Virus record (IMG/VR): IMGVR_UViG_3300046507_000407
Origin: an uncultured virus (IMG/VR IMGVR_UViG_3300046507_000407)
Lineage: Duplodnaviria; Heunggongvirae; Uroviricota; Caudoviricetes; Schitoviridae
Reading direction: 5' to 3' (one strand)
DNA: 64,000 nt
In this document: in pieces, positions 25,285 to 35,340 of the stretch
Position numbering within the stretch: position 1 is the first letter of the stretch
How the letters are laid out: each line of letters starts with the position of its first letter
The notes under the pieces: model-generated
What the model was told of the DNA's origin: nothing
Databases searched by the model: none
What the model saw: the letters and a program-made list of their open reading frames with translations, nothing else
Program-made: the position numbers and the translations under genes

Positions 25285-27903
25285 ATGCGTCATCACGTTT
25301 GGTCACAGCAGCCGGAGTATCCGGTGTGTCTTCTGGTCGGTCAGATCCAGAAGGATGAAATCGACCGTGCCTATTTCCCTGCTGGCTCAGCAGTGGACCG
25401 GGACGATGTGATGGTGCTTGACCTGCACTTCACCGGCAAGAAGACGCCGGCCAGTGAGATGCAGCGCTACATCAAGGAACAGTTGCAGGAGGTACTGGAC
25501 GAGAACAAGGTCCAGTACATCCTCGTGACCGACTCCAGCTACTTCAAGACCTTCACGGGGGCGAACAAGTCGGATGCGAATCTGGGTTACGTGCTCGACT
25601 CCAAGTTCGGTCCCCAGAAGGTGCTCTACATCCCGTCGTACCGGGCGATGTTCGCGGACCCGGCCGGCATCCGCAAGAAGATCACCCAGTCACTGGATGC
25701 GCTGGTGGCGCACGCCACTGGCAGCTACACGCAACCCGGCCACGGCATCATCAAGTCTGCGGCCTATCCGCAGACGGATAGTGAGATCGAGGCATGGCTC
25801 GACAAACTGATCGAGATGGACGTACCGCTCTCGATAGACATCGAGACGTTCGGCCTGAAGCACTACAACGCCGGCATCGGTACGATCAGCTTCGCCTGGA
25901 ACCAGGGAGAAGGGATTGCGTTCCCGGTCGACTACGTGCCCATCGAGGGCGCCACCGAAGCCCCGTTCGGCATGCAGGTACGCAATGAGCATCGCCGCGT
26001 ACTGCTGCGCCGGTTCTTCGACCGCCTGAAGCAGAAGGCGATGTATCACCGGATCGCCTTCGACGTGTACGTGCTGATTTACCAGCTCTACATGGACAGC
26101 ATCATCGACACCGAAGGCCTGCTCGACGGTGTTGAGGTCATGCTCCGGAACTGGGATTGCACCCTGCTCATCACGTACCTGGCGACGAACTCCTGTGCTG
26201 GCAACAAGCTCGGTCTGAAAGACCAGGCACAGGAATTCGCCGGCAACTATGCGCAGACCGAGATCAACGACATCACGAAGATCCCGCTGCCGCAGTTGCT
26301 GGAATACAACCTGGTGGACTGTCTTTCCACCTGGTTCACGTTCAACAAGAACCACCCGAAGATGGTGGCCGACGACCAGCTGAACATCTACCAGACCCTC
26401 TTCCAGCCGGGGATGGTGGACATCATCCAGATGCAGTTGACGGGCCTGCCGATCAACATGGCGACGGTGAAGAAGGTCAAGGCCGAGATGCAGGCCGACT
26501 TCGACCGCGCACTGCACACCATCTCCTCGTCCAAGATCGCCAAGGACTACGAGTACCGGCGAGCCGCCAAGTGGGTAGCCAAGAAGAACCAGACCCTGAA
26601 GAAGAAGCGGGTCAGCCTCATCGACTGTCCGCAGGACGAGAAGGAGTTCAATCCCCGCTCGGCACCACAGCTTCAGGATCTGCTGTTCGAGGTGCTGCAG
26701 TTGCCCGTCATTGATCTGACGGATTCGAAGCTCCCATCGACCGATGCGGATACCTTCAAGGCGCTGCTCAATCACACGGGTGACCCCTATGTGACCGAGT
26801 TCCTGCAGGCGATGCTCGACTTCAAGCTGGTCGAGAAGATCCTGGGCACCTTCATCCCGGCGATGGAGAACGCCCAGCTCGGCCCGGATGGCTGGTATTA
26901 CATGTTCGGCAACTTCAACCTCGGGGGTACCGTCAGTGGCCGCCTGAGTTCGAACGATCCGAACCTGACCAACCTGCCGGCCGGTGGCCACAAGGGCCGC
27001 AAAGGCGAATACGGCAAGATGATCAAGTCCTGTGTCGAAGCGCCACCGGGCTGGATCTATGCAGGACTCGACTTCGCGTCACTCGAAGACCGGATCAGTG
27101 CGCTCACGACCAAGGATCCCAACAAGCTGAAGGTGTACACCGACGGCTACGACGGACACTGCCTGCGTGCACATGCGTACTTCGGGGATCAGATGCCAGA
27201 CATCGATCCCGGTTCGGTGGAGAGCATCAACTCAATCGAGAAGAAGTACAAGATTTTCCGGCAGGACTCCAAGGCACCAACCTTCGCCCTCACCTACCAG
27301 GGCACGTACTCCACCCTGATGAAGAACTGCGGCTTCACGATGACGCTCGCTCTCGCCATCGAGGCAGCGTACCGGTCGCTCTACAAGGTGTCGATCGACT
27401 GGGTGCAGGCCAAGCTCGATCAGGCGAGCAAGGACGGCTACGTCACTGCGGCATTCGGTCTGCGGGTTCGCACTCCGCGTCTCGCTCAGGTGATCCGTGG
27501 CACGAGCAAGACGCCCCGGGAAGCGGATGCGGAAGGACGCACGGCTGGCAATGCCCTTGGGCAGAGCTGGTGTCTGCTGAACACCCGGGCCGGGGTCGAG
27601 TTCAACGCCAAGGTGCGCCAGTCGGAGCACCGGCTCGATATCCGCCCCTGTGCGCAGATCCACGATGCGCAGTACTTCATCGTGCGCGAAGACCTGAAGG
27701 CGCTCGCCTTCATGAATGAGCACCTGGTAAAGGCGGTGCAGTGGCAGGACCATCCGGACATCTGGCACGACGAGGTCAAGCTCGGTGGCGAGGTATCGGT
27801 TTTCTTCCCGGACTGGTCCAGCGAGATCGGCATCCCCAACGGCGCCGATGAAGCGGGCATTCTCGCCGCACTGAACGACGGCATGGAAAAACTTGCCGCC
27901 TGA
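25285..27903 (+). CDS. family A DNA polymerase with 3'-5' exonuclease (N4 gp39-like)
   Basis: Exo DIET and YNLVD; TVSGRLSS, motif A DFASLE, motif B RQDSKAPTFALTYQG, motif C QIHDA; 872 aa, uninterrupted. Confidence 0.95.
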   Translation: MRHHVWSQQPEYPVCLLVGQIQKDEIDRAYFPAGSAVDRDDVMVLDLHFTGKKTPASEMQRYIKEQLQEVLDENKVQYILVTDSSYFKTFTGANKSDANLGYVLDSKFGPQKVLYIPSYRAMFADPAGIRKKITQSLDALVAHATGSYTQPGHGIIKSAAYPQTDSEIEAWLDKLIEMDVPLSIDIETFGLKHYNAGIGTISFAWNQGEGIAFPVDYVPIEGATEAPFGMQVRNEHRRVLLRRFFDRLKQKAMYHRIAFDVYVLIYQLYMDSIIDTEGLLDGVEVMLRNWDCTLLITYLATNSCAGNKLGLKDQAQEFAGNYAQTEINDITKIPLPQLLEYNLVDCLSTWFTFNKNHPKMVADDQLNIYQTLFQPGMVDIIQMQLTGLPINMATVKKVKAEMQADFDRALHTISSSKIAKDYEYRRAAKWVAKKNQTLKKKRVSLIDCPQDEKEFNPRSAPQLQDLLFEVLQLPVIDLTDSKLPSTDADTFKALLNHTGDPYVTEFLQAMLDFKLVEKILGTFIPAMENAQLGPDGWYYMFGNFNLGGTVSGRLSSNDPNLTNLPAGGHKGRKGEYGKMIKSCVEAPPGWIYAGLDFASLEDRISALTTKDPNKLKVYTDGYDGHCLRAHAYFGDQMPDIDPGSVESINSIEKKYKIFRQDSKAPTFALTYQGTYSTLMKNCGFTMTLALAIEAAYRSLYKVSIDWVQAKLDQASKDGYVTAAFGLRVRTPRLAQVIRGTSKTPREADAEGRTAGNALGQSWCLLNTRAGVEFNAKVRQSEHRLDIRPCAQIHDAQYFIVREDLKALAFMNEHLVKAVQWQDHPDIWHDEVKLGGEVSVFFPDWSSEIGIPNGADEAGILAALNDGMEKLAA

Positions 27904-27985
27904 TTCGTTGTTTCTTTGGGGTGTTAGTTAACTGCTAGACACCACAGAAACAGTCCTTTATCATCCTTTATTAGATATATGTTTG

Positions 27986-28014
27986 AGGGGAGCCAGAGAG
28001 ATCCGGCTCCCCTT
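27986..28014 (+). terminator. hairpin/terminator
   Basis: AGGGGAGCC...GGCTCCCCT-TT. Confidence 0.55.
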
Positions 28015-28034
28015 TACTCCCTTTTGAGGTCCAC

Positions 28035-28397
28035 ATGAAAGCTCCCGTCAAGAACACCAGCAAGAAATTCTTCTTCCTCGTCTCGGCTTCGGTGGTGTTT
28101 GCCGTGCGTATGGGTAAGGACAAGATGTCCGACCCGACCACGATGCAGCTCAATACCGTGGTCACTGGTACCGAAGACCGTTTCCCGTCGAAGGCAATTG
28201 GCCATGCACAGCAGGCCGTGCAGCTGGCGCTCTTCAAGCGCCTGGGTGATGAAGCGCAGAACGTCGAGATTGGCGACGTGATCATCAACAACCTGATGAA
28301 CCTCGGCTACATGACGGACGAGGAATTCAACGCCAAGCCGGCGCCGGCCGCCGAGCTGCCGGAGGAAATCAAGAAGCAGCTGGAGCTGGTCAAGTGA
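28035..28397 (+). CDS. hypothetical protein (N4 gp40 position)
   Basis: 120-aa ORF with GAGG RBS. Confidence 0.7.
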   Translation: MKAPVKNTSKKFFFLVSASVVFAVRMGKDKMSDPTTMQLNTVVTGTEDRFPSKAIGHAQQAVQLALFKRLGDEAQNVEIGDVIINNLMNLGYMTDEEFNAKPAPAAELPEEIKKQLELVK

Positions 28398-28939
28398 GCA
28401 CCGCGAGCCAGAAAGAAAACTCTGGCCTGCGGGTGAACTACTACCTCGCGCAGGTGGACCATCCGCAGCGTGAAGAGCAGCCGCCCTACCAGGCTGAGTG
28501 CGAAGACATCATCGACGCGCTCGGCCTCACACCGGACGAGGCCAACATCTTCAAGGAGATCTGGCGTACCGCGAATGAGCGCACTCACGGCAAGGGCAAG
28601 GAAGGCAACAACCCACTGCGTGCTGCCCAGAAGCTCGTGCACTACTCGGGCCGGATCCTGAAAAAGGCGCAGCGCCTGCTCGGAACGGATGCTCGGGCAG
28701 CTTCCGCAAAAGCCGCGGTCGATGCGCTGGCAGGCCATGAGCCAGAGCAGAAAGACGAAGGCTGGTACGCATGGGAAGGTAAGCAACCCTTCCCGGCCAC
28801 ATGGGGCAACACGTATGTCGAGGTTCAATTGCGAAGCAGCGAAATCAAGGCAGGTTACTCGCGGAGCTTCGACTGGAAACAGTCCAGCGATGGTCTCTGT
28901 GCCGACGACATCATCGCCTGGCGTCTCGCCAGGAAGTAA
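28394..28939 (+). CDS. hypothetical protein (N4 gp41-like N-terminus)
   Basis: VNYY...ECEDIIDALGL..EANIFKEIWR; extra C-terminal domain ending DIIAWR. Confidence 0.7.
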   Translation: MSTASQKENSGLRVNYYLAQVDHPQREEQPPYQAECEDIIDALGLTPDEANIFKEIWRTANERTHGKGKEGNNPLRAAQKLVHYSGRILKKAQRLLGTDARAASAKAAVDALAGHEPEQKDEGWYAWEGKQPFPATWGNTYVEVQLRSSEIKAGYSRSFDWKQSSDGLCADDIIAWRLARK

Positions 28940-28994
28940 CCTCTGATCCTTTTCTCTGGTTCGCCAGTCTCCTACACTATCCTGAGGACTGCTC

Positions 28995-29975
28995 ATGAGA
29001 GTCTCCAACAACAATGACATCTCGTTGCCGCTGGCCGTGTGGCTGCTGAACGACGAGTATGACTACCAGAACGACGAGAACTACATCAGTGCCACCCGCC
29101 TGATGCGGCCGCTGCGTCACCTGGTACTGCCACACCGTATTCCACCGGCCCAACGCCAGATGCCCGATGTGCAGGACTTCATCCCGTCGGCGCTCGGCAA
29201 GTCCCTGCACGACTCCATCGAGAAGGCATGGACGACCGGGTACCGCCGTGCGCTGAAGATGCTCGGCTATACCGACGACATCATCGACCACGTCCGGATC
29301 AACCCGGTGACACCGGAAGAAGGCACGATCCCGATCTACATCGAGCAGCGGGCCAAGCGCACGGTGGTGGTCAACGGCAAGGCCTACGTGATCGGTGGCA
29401 AGTTCGACATGGTCATGGAAGGCCAGGTGATGGATAACAAGTCCACCACCGCCTACACCTGGGTCTTTGGCGGCAAGGACGAGGACTACCGGCTGCAGGG
29501 CTCGATCTACCGCTGGTTGAACCCGGAAAAGATCACGGAGGACACGATCCGGATCAACTTCATCTTCACCGACTGGCAGAAGATGCAGGCCAAAACGAAT
29601 CCGAACTACCCGCAGCGCCGGGTGATGCACAAGGATGTGCCGCTGCTGTCGGTCGAGGAGACCGAAGCCTGGATCATCTGGAAGCTCACCCAGGTCCAGA
29701 AGCACATGGATACACCGGAAGCACAGCTGCCCGAGTGCACCGACGAAGAGTTGTGGCGCTCGGACCCGGCCTACAAGTATTACAGCGACCCCACCAAGAC
29801 CTCGGGGCGCTCGACCAAGAACTTCGACTCCCTCGTCGAGGCGCAGCAGTTCTGGAAGGTCGAGAAAGGAGGCAAGGGAATCGTCATCACAGTACCAGGA
29901 GAGGTTAAACGCTGCTCGTACTGTGAGTCATTCGACATCTGCACCCAGAAAGACAGGTATCTGCAAACATCATGA
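28995..29975 (+). CDS. PD-(D/E)xK / Cas4-like exonuclease (N4 gp42-like)
   Basis: ISATRL, G..LH, EQR, GGKFD, DNKST, QGSIY, C-terminal CSYC.....C. Confidence 0.85.
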   Translation: MRVSNNNDISLPLAVWLLNDEYDYQNDENYISATRLMRPLRHLVLPHRIPPAQRQMPDVQDFIPSALGKSLHDSIEKAWTTGYRRALKMLGYTDDIIDHVRINPVTPEEGTIPIYIEQRAKRTVVVNGKAYVIGGKFDMVMEGQVMDNKSTTAYTWVFGGKDEDYRLQGSIYRWLNPEKITEDTIRINFIFTDWQKMQAKTNPNYPQRRVMHKDVPLLSVEETEAWIIWKLTQVQKHMDTPEAQLPECTDEELWRSDPAYKYYSDPTKTSGRSTKNFDSLVEAQQFWKVEKGGKGIVITVPGEVKRCSYCESFDICTQKDRYLQTS

Positions 29976-32146
29976 TCGATCTCACCGGAGTTACCCACCA
30001 CCCAGTAATCGAAGAAATCACGGACGTTCTGTGTGCCAAGACGCAGAACACCGACCGCGGATTCTTCCGCACTGAAGTCGCCTACTTCCTCGGGAAGATG
30101 GCGGCAAGCATGCGCGCAACTGTCGTAACGAAGGACCGTGGTGAGATTCCGGTGAACATCTACGCACTGGCACTCGCCACTTCCGGCTTCGGCAAAGGCC
30201 ACTCGGTCAACATCGTCGAGAACGAATTCATGCAGGGCTTCCAGAAGCGCTTCACCGAGGACACGTTCCCGGTGATCGCAGAAAAGCACCTGTGGGATGC
30301 GGCCAATGCACGGGCACTGCGCAACAGCTCGGATGCGAACGACGAGTTCGAGGCCGTCAACGCCGAGTACAAGCGCTGTGGCACGTACGTTTTCACGTTC
30401 GACTCCGGCACCCCGCCTGCGATCAAGCAGCTGCGCAACAAGATGATCCTGGCGAACTGCGGTGCCATCAATCTTCAGATCGATGAAATCGGTTCGAACC
30501 TGATCGGTGCGGTGGATGTGCTCACCCTGTTCCTGGAGCTGTACGACCAGGGCCTGGTCAAGCAGAAGCTCACCAAGAATACCGCCGAGAACACCCGTGG
30601 CGAAGAGGTCAGCGGCAAGACGCCGACCAACATGCTGCTGTTCGGCACGCCGGCGAAGCTGCTCGACGGTTCCACCACCGAGGACCAGTTCTACTCGTTC
30701 CTCGAAACGGGTTACGCACGGCGTTGCCTGTTCGGCTGGGGGAACCAGGAACGGAAAGCCTCCCACACGATGACGGCCGAGGAAATCTATCGCCGTCTCA
30801 CGAACCCGTCGAACGACGCCAACGTGAAGAAGTGGGCAGCGCACTTCCACAAGCTGGCCGATCCGGCCATGTACGGCTGGAAGATGATCGTCGAAGAGCC
30901 GGTCGCCGTGAAGCTGATCCAGTACAAGATCTCGTGCGAAGAGGCGGCGGAAACCATGCCCGAGCACGAGGAAGTGAGAAAGGCTGAACTGGGTCACCGC
31001 TACTGGAAGGCACTGAAGCTGGCCGGCGCACTCGCCTTCGTCGACGAGTCCAATGAGGTGGAGATGGATCACCTCATGAGCGCAATCCTGCTGGTCGAGG
31101 AATGCGGCAAGTCGTTCGAGCGGATCCTGAACCGTGAAAAGAATTACGTGAAGCTGGCGAAATACATCGCCACCTGCGGCAAGGAAGTCACGCACGCGGA
31201 TCTGAACGAGAACCTGCCGTACTACAAGACCGGCGCAGCTGCCCGCACCGAGATGATGACCATGGCGGTTGCGTGGGGTTACAAGAACCACATCATCATC
31301 AAGAAGAGCTTTGCCGACGGCATCGAGCTCTACAAAGGTGAGACTTTGCAGGAGACCAATCTCGACGAGATGTACATCTCCTACGGCGAGCACTGGGCGT
31401 ACAACTACCTGTCGGAAAAGGTGCCGTTCGACCAGCTGCATGTGCTCACCAATGGCGCCCAGGCGGATGGCTCGCCGCTGCACTGGTGCAACCACCATCT
31501 GAAGGGTGGGCACCGGGCCGAGGAGAACGTGGTCCCGGGCTTCAACCTGCTCACGCTCGACATCGACGAGGGCGTGTCGCTCGACGTGGTCCACGAACTG
31601 ATGCGCGAGTACAAGTTCATGACGTACACGACCAAGCGTCACCAGACCGAAGGGCATGGTGACCGCTTCCGCCTGATCCTGCCGATCAACTACCGGCTCG
31701 ACCTGACCTCGGACGAGTACAAGGAGTTCATCGACAACATCATGGAATGGTTGCCGTTCCCCTCTGACGAGGCGGCCAAGCAGCGCAGCAAGAAGTGGGA
31801 GAGCTTTGCGGGTGGCCAGTACCACTACAACCTCGACGGAGAAATTCTCGACGCACTCCGGTTCATTCCGAAGACCGCGAAGAACGAGGCGCACAACGCC
31901 GAGATGAAGAAGATCGAGTCGATGGACAACCTGGAGCGCTGGTTTGCACAACGTATCGCTTCGGGCAACCGCAACAACAACCTGCTGAAGTACGCGATGG
32001 CACTGGTGGATTCGAACATGGATCTGTACTCGGTGCAGCAGGCGGTGCTGGCATTCAACGCCAAGCTGAGCAACGGCCTGACCGAGGACGAGATCCGTAC
32101 GACGATTTTCGTGTCGGTGGCCAAGCGCTTCAGCAAGGCAGCCTAA
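29972..32146 (+). CDS. DNA primase (N4 gp43-like)
   Basis: 724 aa; SGFGKG, IDEIG, LDID, YTTKRH, RFRLILP, C-terminal GNRNNNL PriCT-like; N4 synteny. Confidence 0.9.
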   Translation: MIDLTGVTHHPVIEEITDVLCAKTQNTDRGFFRTEVAYFLGKMAASMRATVVTKDRGEIPVNIYALALATSGFGKGHSVNIVENEFMQGFQKRFTEDTFPVIAEKHLWDAANARALRNSSDANDEFEAVNAEYKRCGTYVFTFDSGTPPAIKQLRNKMILANCGAINLQIDEIGSNLIGAVDVLTLFLELYDQGLVKQKLTKNTAENTRGEEVSGKTPTNMLLFGTPAKLLDGSTTEDQFYSFLETGYARRCLFGWGNQERKASHTMTAEEIYRRLTNPSNDANVKKWAAHFHKLADPAMYGWKMIVEEPVAVKLIQYKISCEEAAETMPEHEEVRKAELGHRYWKALKLAGALAFVDESNEVEMDHLMSAILLVEECGKSFERILNREKNYVKLAKYIATCGKEVTHADLNENLPYYKTGAAARTEMMTMAVAWGYKNHIIIKKSFADGIELYKGETLQETNLDEMYISYGEHWAYNYLSEKVPFDQLHVLTNGAQADGSPLHWCNHHLKGGHRAEENVVPGFNLLTLDIDEGVSLDVVHELMREYKFMTYTTKRHQTEGHGDRFRLILPINYRLDLTSDEYKEFIDNIMEWLPFPSDEAAKQRSKKWESFAGGQYHYNLDGEILDALRFIPKTAKNEAHNAEMKKIESMDNLERWFAQRIASGNRNNNLLKYAMALVDSNMDLYSVQQAVLAFNAKLSNGLTEDEIRTTIFVSVAKRFSKAA

Positions 32147-32203
32147 CCACAAACGCTGATCCTTTTCCCTGGTTCAAGGAATGGGATCGGCCCGGGAGAA
32201 ACC

Positions 32204-32965
32204 ATGAGCACAGTAGCAGAGGAAGTCGAGATTCTAGGTGAGGTCAACGACCAGTTGATCCTGATCGCCGGCTTCTCGGGTGAAGGCAAGAGCGCATCGC
32301 TGCGCAACATCCGGAACCAGGAAAGCTGGGTGTACCTGAACTGCGAAGCCGGCAAGCGTCTTCCGTTCAAGAACAAGTTCAACAACGTGCGGGTGACAGA
32401 CCCATATGAAGTGTGGAGCTACTTCGACGAGTGCATTGCGAACAAGGATCAGGTCGCGGGGATCATCATCGACTCGTCCACGTTCCTGATGGACATGTTC
32501 GAGTCGACGTATGTGCTGAACAGCGCCAACACGATGCAGGCCTGGGGCCAGTATGCCCAGTACTTCAAGGTGCTGATGCAGCAGAAGGTCACGCAGTTCG
32601 GCAAGCCGGTGATCATCATCGCCCACCTGCTGGACGAGCTCGACGAAAAGAGCATGGAAGTGAAGACCAAGGTGCCAGTCAAGGGTTCGCTCAAGAACAA
32701 CGGCATCGAAGCGTACTTCTCGACCGTAGTGGTTGCCAAGAAGGTTCCTGTGAAGGAACTGGAGAAGTTCGGCAGCAAGCTCCTCGATATCACCGAGGAG
32801 GAAAAGGAACTGGGCTACAAGCACGTATTCCAGACCCGCCCGACGAAGCAGACCACGGGTTACCGGGTCCGCTCACCGATGGGCATGTTTGACAAGGCAG
32901 AGACGTTCATCGACAACGATGCGCAGAAGCTGCTGGATCACCTGAACGAGTTCTACGGTATCTAA
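32204..32965 (+). CDS. Sak4-like AAA ATPase (N4 gp44-like)
   Basis: GFSGEGKSASL, LNCEAGKRLPF, IIIDS, RSPMGMF. Confidence 0.85.
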   Translation: MSTVAEEVEILGEVNDQLILIAGFSGEGKSASLRNIRNQESWVYLNCEAGKRLPFKNKFNNVRVTDPYEVWSYFDECIANKDQVAGIIIDSSTFLMDMFESTYVLNSANTMQAWGQYAQYFKVLMQQKVTQFGKPVIIIAHLLDELDEKSMEVKTKVPVKGSLKNNGIEAYFSTVVVAKKVPVKELEKFGSKLLDITEEEKELGYKHVFQTRPTKQTTGYRVRSPMGMFDKAETFIDNDAQKLLDHLNEFYGI

Positions 32966-33020
32966 CCAGACCCAACCTCGAACTCACACACAACCATTTT
33001 TCAAAAGCGAAATACACACC

Positions 33021-33812
33021 ATGAGCACTCTGTTCGGCAAACTCAGCAGCGACGGCCTCGAAGAATCCCAGGACCGTCTGGGTGGTGGCTTCGGCCCCAT
33101 CGATTCCGACATCTACAAGCTGAAGGTCAAGGCGATGTACGCCGGCGTCTCCAATACCCCCGGCTCGCAGGCGCAGTCGGTCACCCTGATCGGTGACAAC
33201 GGCGGCAAGGAATACCGTGAAACCTTCTGGGTCACGAATTCCAAGGGCGAGAACTGGTTCGCGGCCAAGGACAAGGACGGCAAGCCCACGGGCAAGAAGT
33301 CCCCGCTGCCCGGCTTCACCATCGTCGACGACATCTGCCAGATCACGACTGGCAAGGGTCTGTCGGAGCAGGAAGCCGAAGACAAGGTCGTGCAGGTGTA
33401 CGACCCGGAGCAGAAGAAGCAGGTCAACAAGAACGTGCCGATGCTCGTCGAAGCGCTCGGCCAGGAAGTGGCGCTGGGCATCATCCGCCGCAAGGTCAAC
33501 AAGAACGTGAAGAACGACGCCGGCGAGTACGTGCCGACGGCCGAAGAGCGCGAAGAAAACTTCACCGACAAGGTGTTCCACCCGGAAGTGAAGCTGACCA
33601 TCGTCGAAGCGAAGGCCGGTGCCGACGTCGCCACGTTCTGGGACGCCTGGCTCGAACTGAACAAGGGCAAGACGCAGGACCGTCGCAAGATCAAGGACGG
33701 TCAGGGCAACGGCGGCGCAGCAGGCGCACCGCAAGCAGCCCGTGCGGCCGGTGCAGCTCCGCAGGCTCAGGCCGCTGCCCCGAAGAAGTCGCTGTTCGGC
33801 GCCAAGAGCTAA
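33021..33812 (+). CDS. single-stranded DNA-binding protein (N4 gp45-like)
   Basis: EESQDRLGG N-terminus, YRETFWVT, LPGF, C-terminal KKSLF; N4 synteny. Confidence 0.85.
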   Translation: MSTLFGKLSSDGLEESQDRLGGGFGPIDSDIYKLKVKAMYAGVSNTPGSQAQSVTLIGDNGGKEYRETFWVTNSKGENWFAAKDKDGKPTGKKSPLPGFTIVDDICQITTGKGLSEQEAEDKVVQVYDPEQKKQVNKNVPMLVEALGQEVALGIIRRKVNKNVKNDAGEYVPTAEEREENFTDKVFHPEVKLTIVEAKAGADVATFWDAWLELNKGKTQDRRKIKDGQGNGGAAGAPQAARAAGAAPQAQAAAPKKSLFGAKS

Positions 33813-33816
33813 GGCG

Positions 33817-34395
33817 ATGAAGATCCGCGTCTGCGGCATGGACCCCAGTTATCGCAACTGGGGTCTGGCTGAGGGGATACTGGATCTGGACTCTGGCGTC
33901 TTCGAGCTTAACCAGATCCTCATCGTCAAAGGTAAGGATCTGGACGGCAAGCAGATCCGCAAGAATTCCAGTGACGTGCATCTCGCTACGGAGCTGTGCC
34001 GGGGCGTCTTTCCCCTGGCTCAGCGGGCCAATGTGGTCTTCGTCGAAGTGCCGGTTGGTTCCCAGTCAGCCTACGGCATGAAGTCGTACGGAATCGTCTG
34101 TGGAGTGCTCGGTGCCATGCGGCACGCAGGTATCGAGATCATCCAGGTGGATGCGTTGGCGGTGAAAGAATCCCTCACCGGCAATCAAAATGCCACCAAG
34201 AAGCAGATGATCGCCGCAGCAGTCTCGGAGTATCCCCACGTCGAGTGGCCCCGGCAGGAGAAGAACGGTGCCACCTGGAAAAAGGGTGATCTGATGAACG
34301 AGGCAGAGCATTGCGCAGACGCCATCGCAACCATTCACGCGGGGGTACAGACGCCCTCGTTCCAAACTCTCATGCGACTTTTCGCAAAGGTGTAG
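33817..34395 (+). CDS. RuvC-like Holliday junction resolvase (N4 gp46-like)
   Basis: GMDPSYRNWGLA, FVEVPVGSQ, NATKKQMI, EHCADAIA. Confidence 0.85.
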   Translation: MKIRVCGMDPSYRNWGLAEGILDLDSGVFELNQILIVKGKDLDGKQIRKNSSDVHLATELCRGVFPLAQRANVVFVEVPVGSQSAYGMKSYGIVCGVLGAMRHAGIEIIQVDALAVKESLTGNQNATKKQMIAAAVSEYPHVEWPRQEKNGATWKKGDLMNEAEHCADAIATIHAGVQTPSFQTLMRLFAKV

Positions 34396-34397
34396 TC

Positions 34398-34913
34398 ATG
34401 CAAATCACAATCGTCCAGGCAGAAATCGAAACTGCCATCCGCAAGTACATCGAAGAACAGATCAACGTGCGCGACGGCATGCGTATCGACATCGATCTGT
34501 CGGCCACCCGTGGCGCCGACGGCTTCAAGGCCATCATCGACATCGTGCCGGACACGAGCAAGAAGGCGGTCCAGCAACAGCAGCAGGTTCAGGTCCAGAA
34601 GCCGAATGATCCGAAGCTGCCGGCACCGAGCCAGGCAAAGGAACAGGCCCAGCCGCCCGTGGACAATGCCCACGTAGCCGAGGGTGCGGAAAAGTTCCCG
34701 GAAGCTGGTACGGGATCGGCCGAGCCGAGCTCGACGGAGCCGACGAATACGGGCGATGCTGGTGAAGCGGGAAACGCTTCGCCGGCCCCTACTTCGGACG
34801 CTGGTGCGACGGATGCTGCTCAGCAAACTGCCTCGGCGGCTGCTGACACGCCGGCCGAAGCACCGAAGACGCGTACGCTGTTCACGAACATGAAACGCGT
34901 CAGCAACAGCTGA
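34398..34913 (+). CDS. hypothetical protein (N4 gp47-like)
   Basis: MQITIVQAEIETAIRKYI...IDLSATRG..G..AIIDI followed by a disordered tail. Confidence 0.75.
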   Translation: MQITIVQAEIETAIRKYIEEQINVRDGMRIDIDLSATRGADGFKAIIDIVPDTSKKAVQQQQQVQVQKPNDPKLPAPSQAKEQAQPPVDNAHVAEGAEKFPEAGTGSAEPSSTEPTNTGDAGEAGNASPAPTSDAGATDAAQQTASAAADTPAEAPKTRTLFTNMKRVSNS

Positions 34914-35092
34914 TGAATGTGCTGTCAGTCGTCATCCTCGTGGTGGCGACTGTGGTAGGCCTCACAGTTGCCATCATCGCAGCAGCCCCCTTCATCGCCA
35001 TTGGCGTGGTCCTCCTGGGGGCAGCCTATCTGCTGTTTTGCAGCACTGGTGGGGACGATGATGATCCCCCCAAGCCGCCTGCGGTAAGATAG
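34913..35092 (+). CDS. small membrane protein (59 aa)
   Basis: TGATG coupling; MNVLSVVILVVATVVGLTVAIIAAAPFIAIGVVLLGAAYLLFCSTGGDDDDPPKPPAVR. Confidence 0.6.
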   Translation: MNVLSVVILVVATVVGLTVAIIAAAPFIAIGVVLLGAAYLLFCSTGGDDDDPPKPPAVR

Positions 35093-35297
35093 GCAGTTCC
35101 AGCCCTGAGAGAGCTGGGAGAAAGCGTCCGGACGACCGTGGCAACACAGTTGGACGTAAAGCTAAAGACGGTCGAGCAGTAGCGGCTGATAACTGGTTGA
35201 GCAAAGCAGGTCACCCAAGCCGGAAGCTCGCAAGGCAAGCCGGGGAGCAATGGGCATCCCGACAGCGGAGGCGTACAGATATCAGCCGAACAGTACC
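35093..35297 (+). ncRNA. candidate structured RNA at the junction of the two transcription arms
   Basis: Stems CGACCGT/ACGGTCG (35133/35168) and CGGCTGATA/TATCAGCCG (35183/35280); GCAA tetraloops; no convincing ORF. Confidence 0.4.
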
Positions 35298-35340
35298 AAA
35301 AACCCCCAGTGCCCTGAGAGAGCCTGGGGGTTTTTCTTTT
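35298..35340. terminator. bidirectional intrinsic terminator between convergent arms
   Basis: AAAAACCCCCAG...CTGGGGGTTTTTCTTTT. Confidence 0.8.

Noticed and set aside
28995..29975. Cas4-like nuclease as evidence of a CRISPR system
   Set aside because: It is the conserved N4 gp42-like exonuclease in its usual position before the primase.
29780..32152. 790-aa - strand ORF and similar long antisense ORFs (18033-19397, 25690-26991, 46305-48020, 52604-54262, 56582-58135)
   Set aside because: All are shadows of well-supported genes on the opposite strand.
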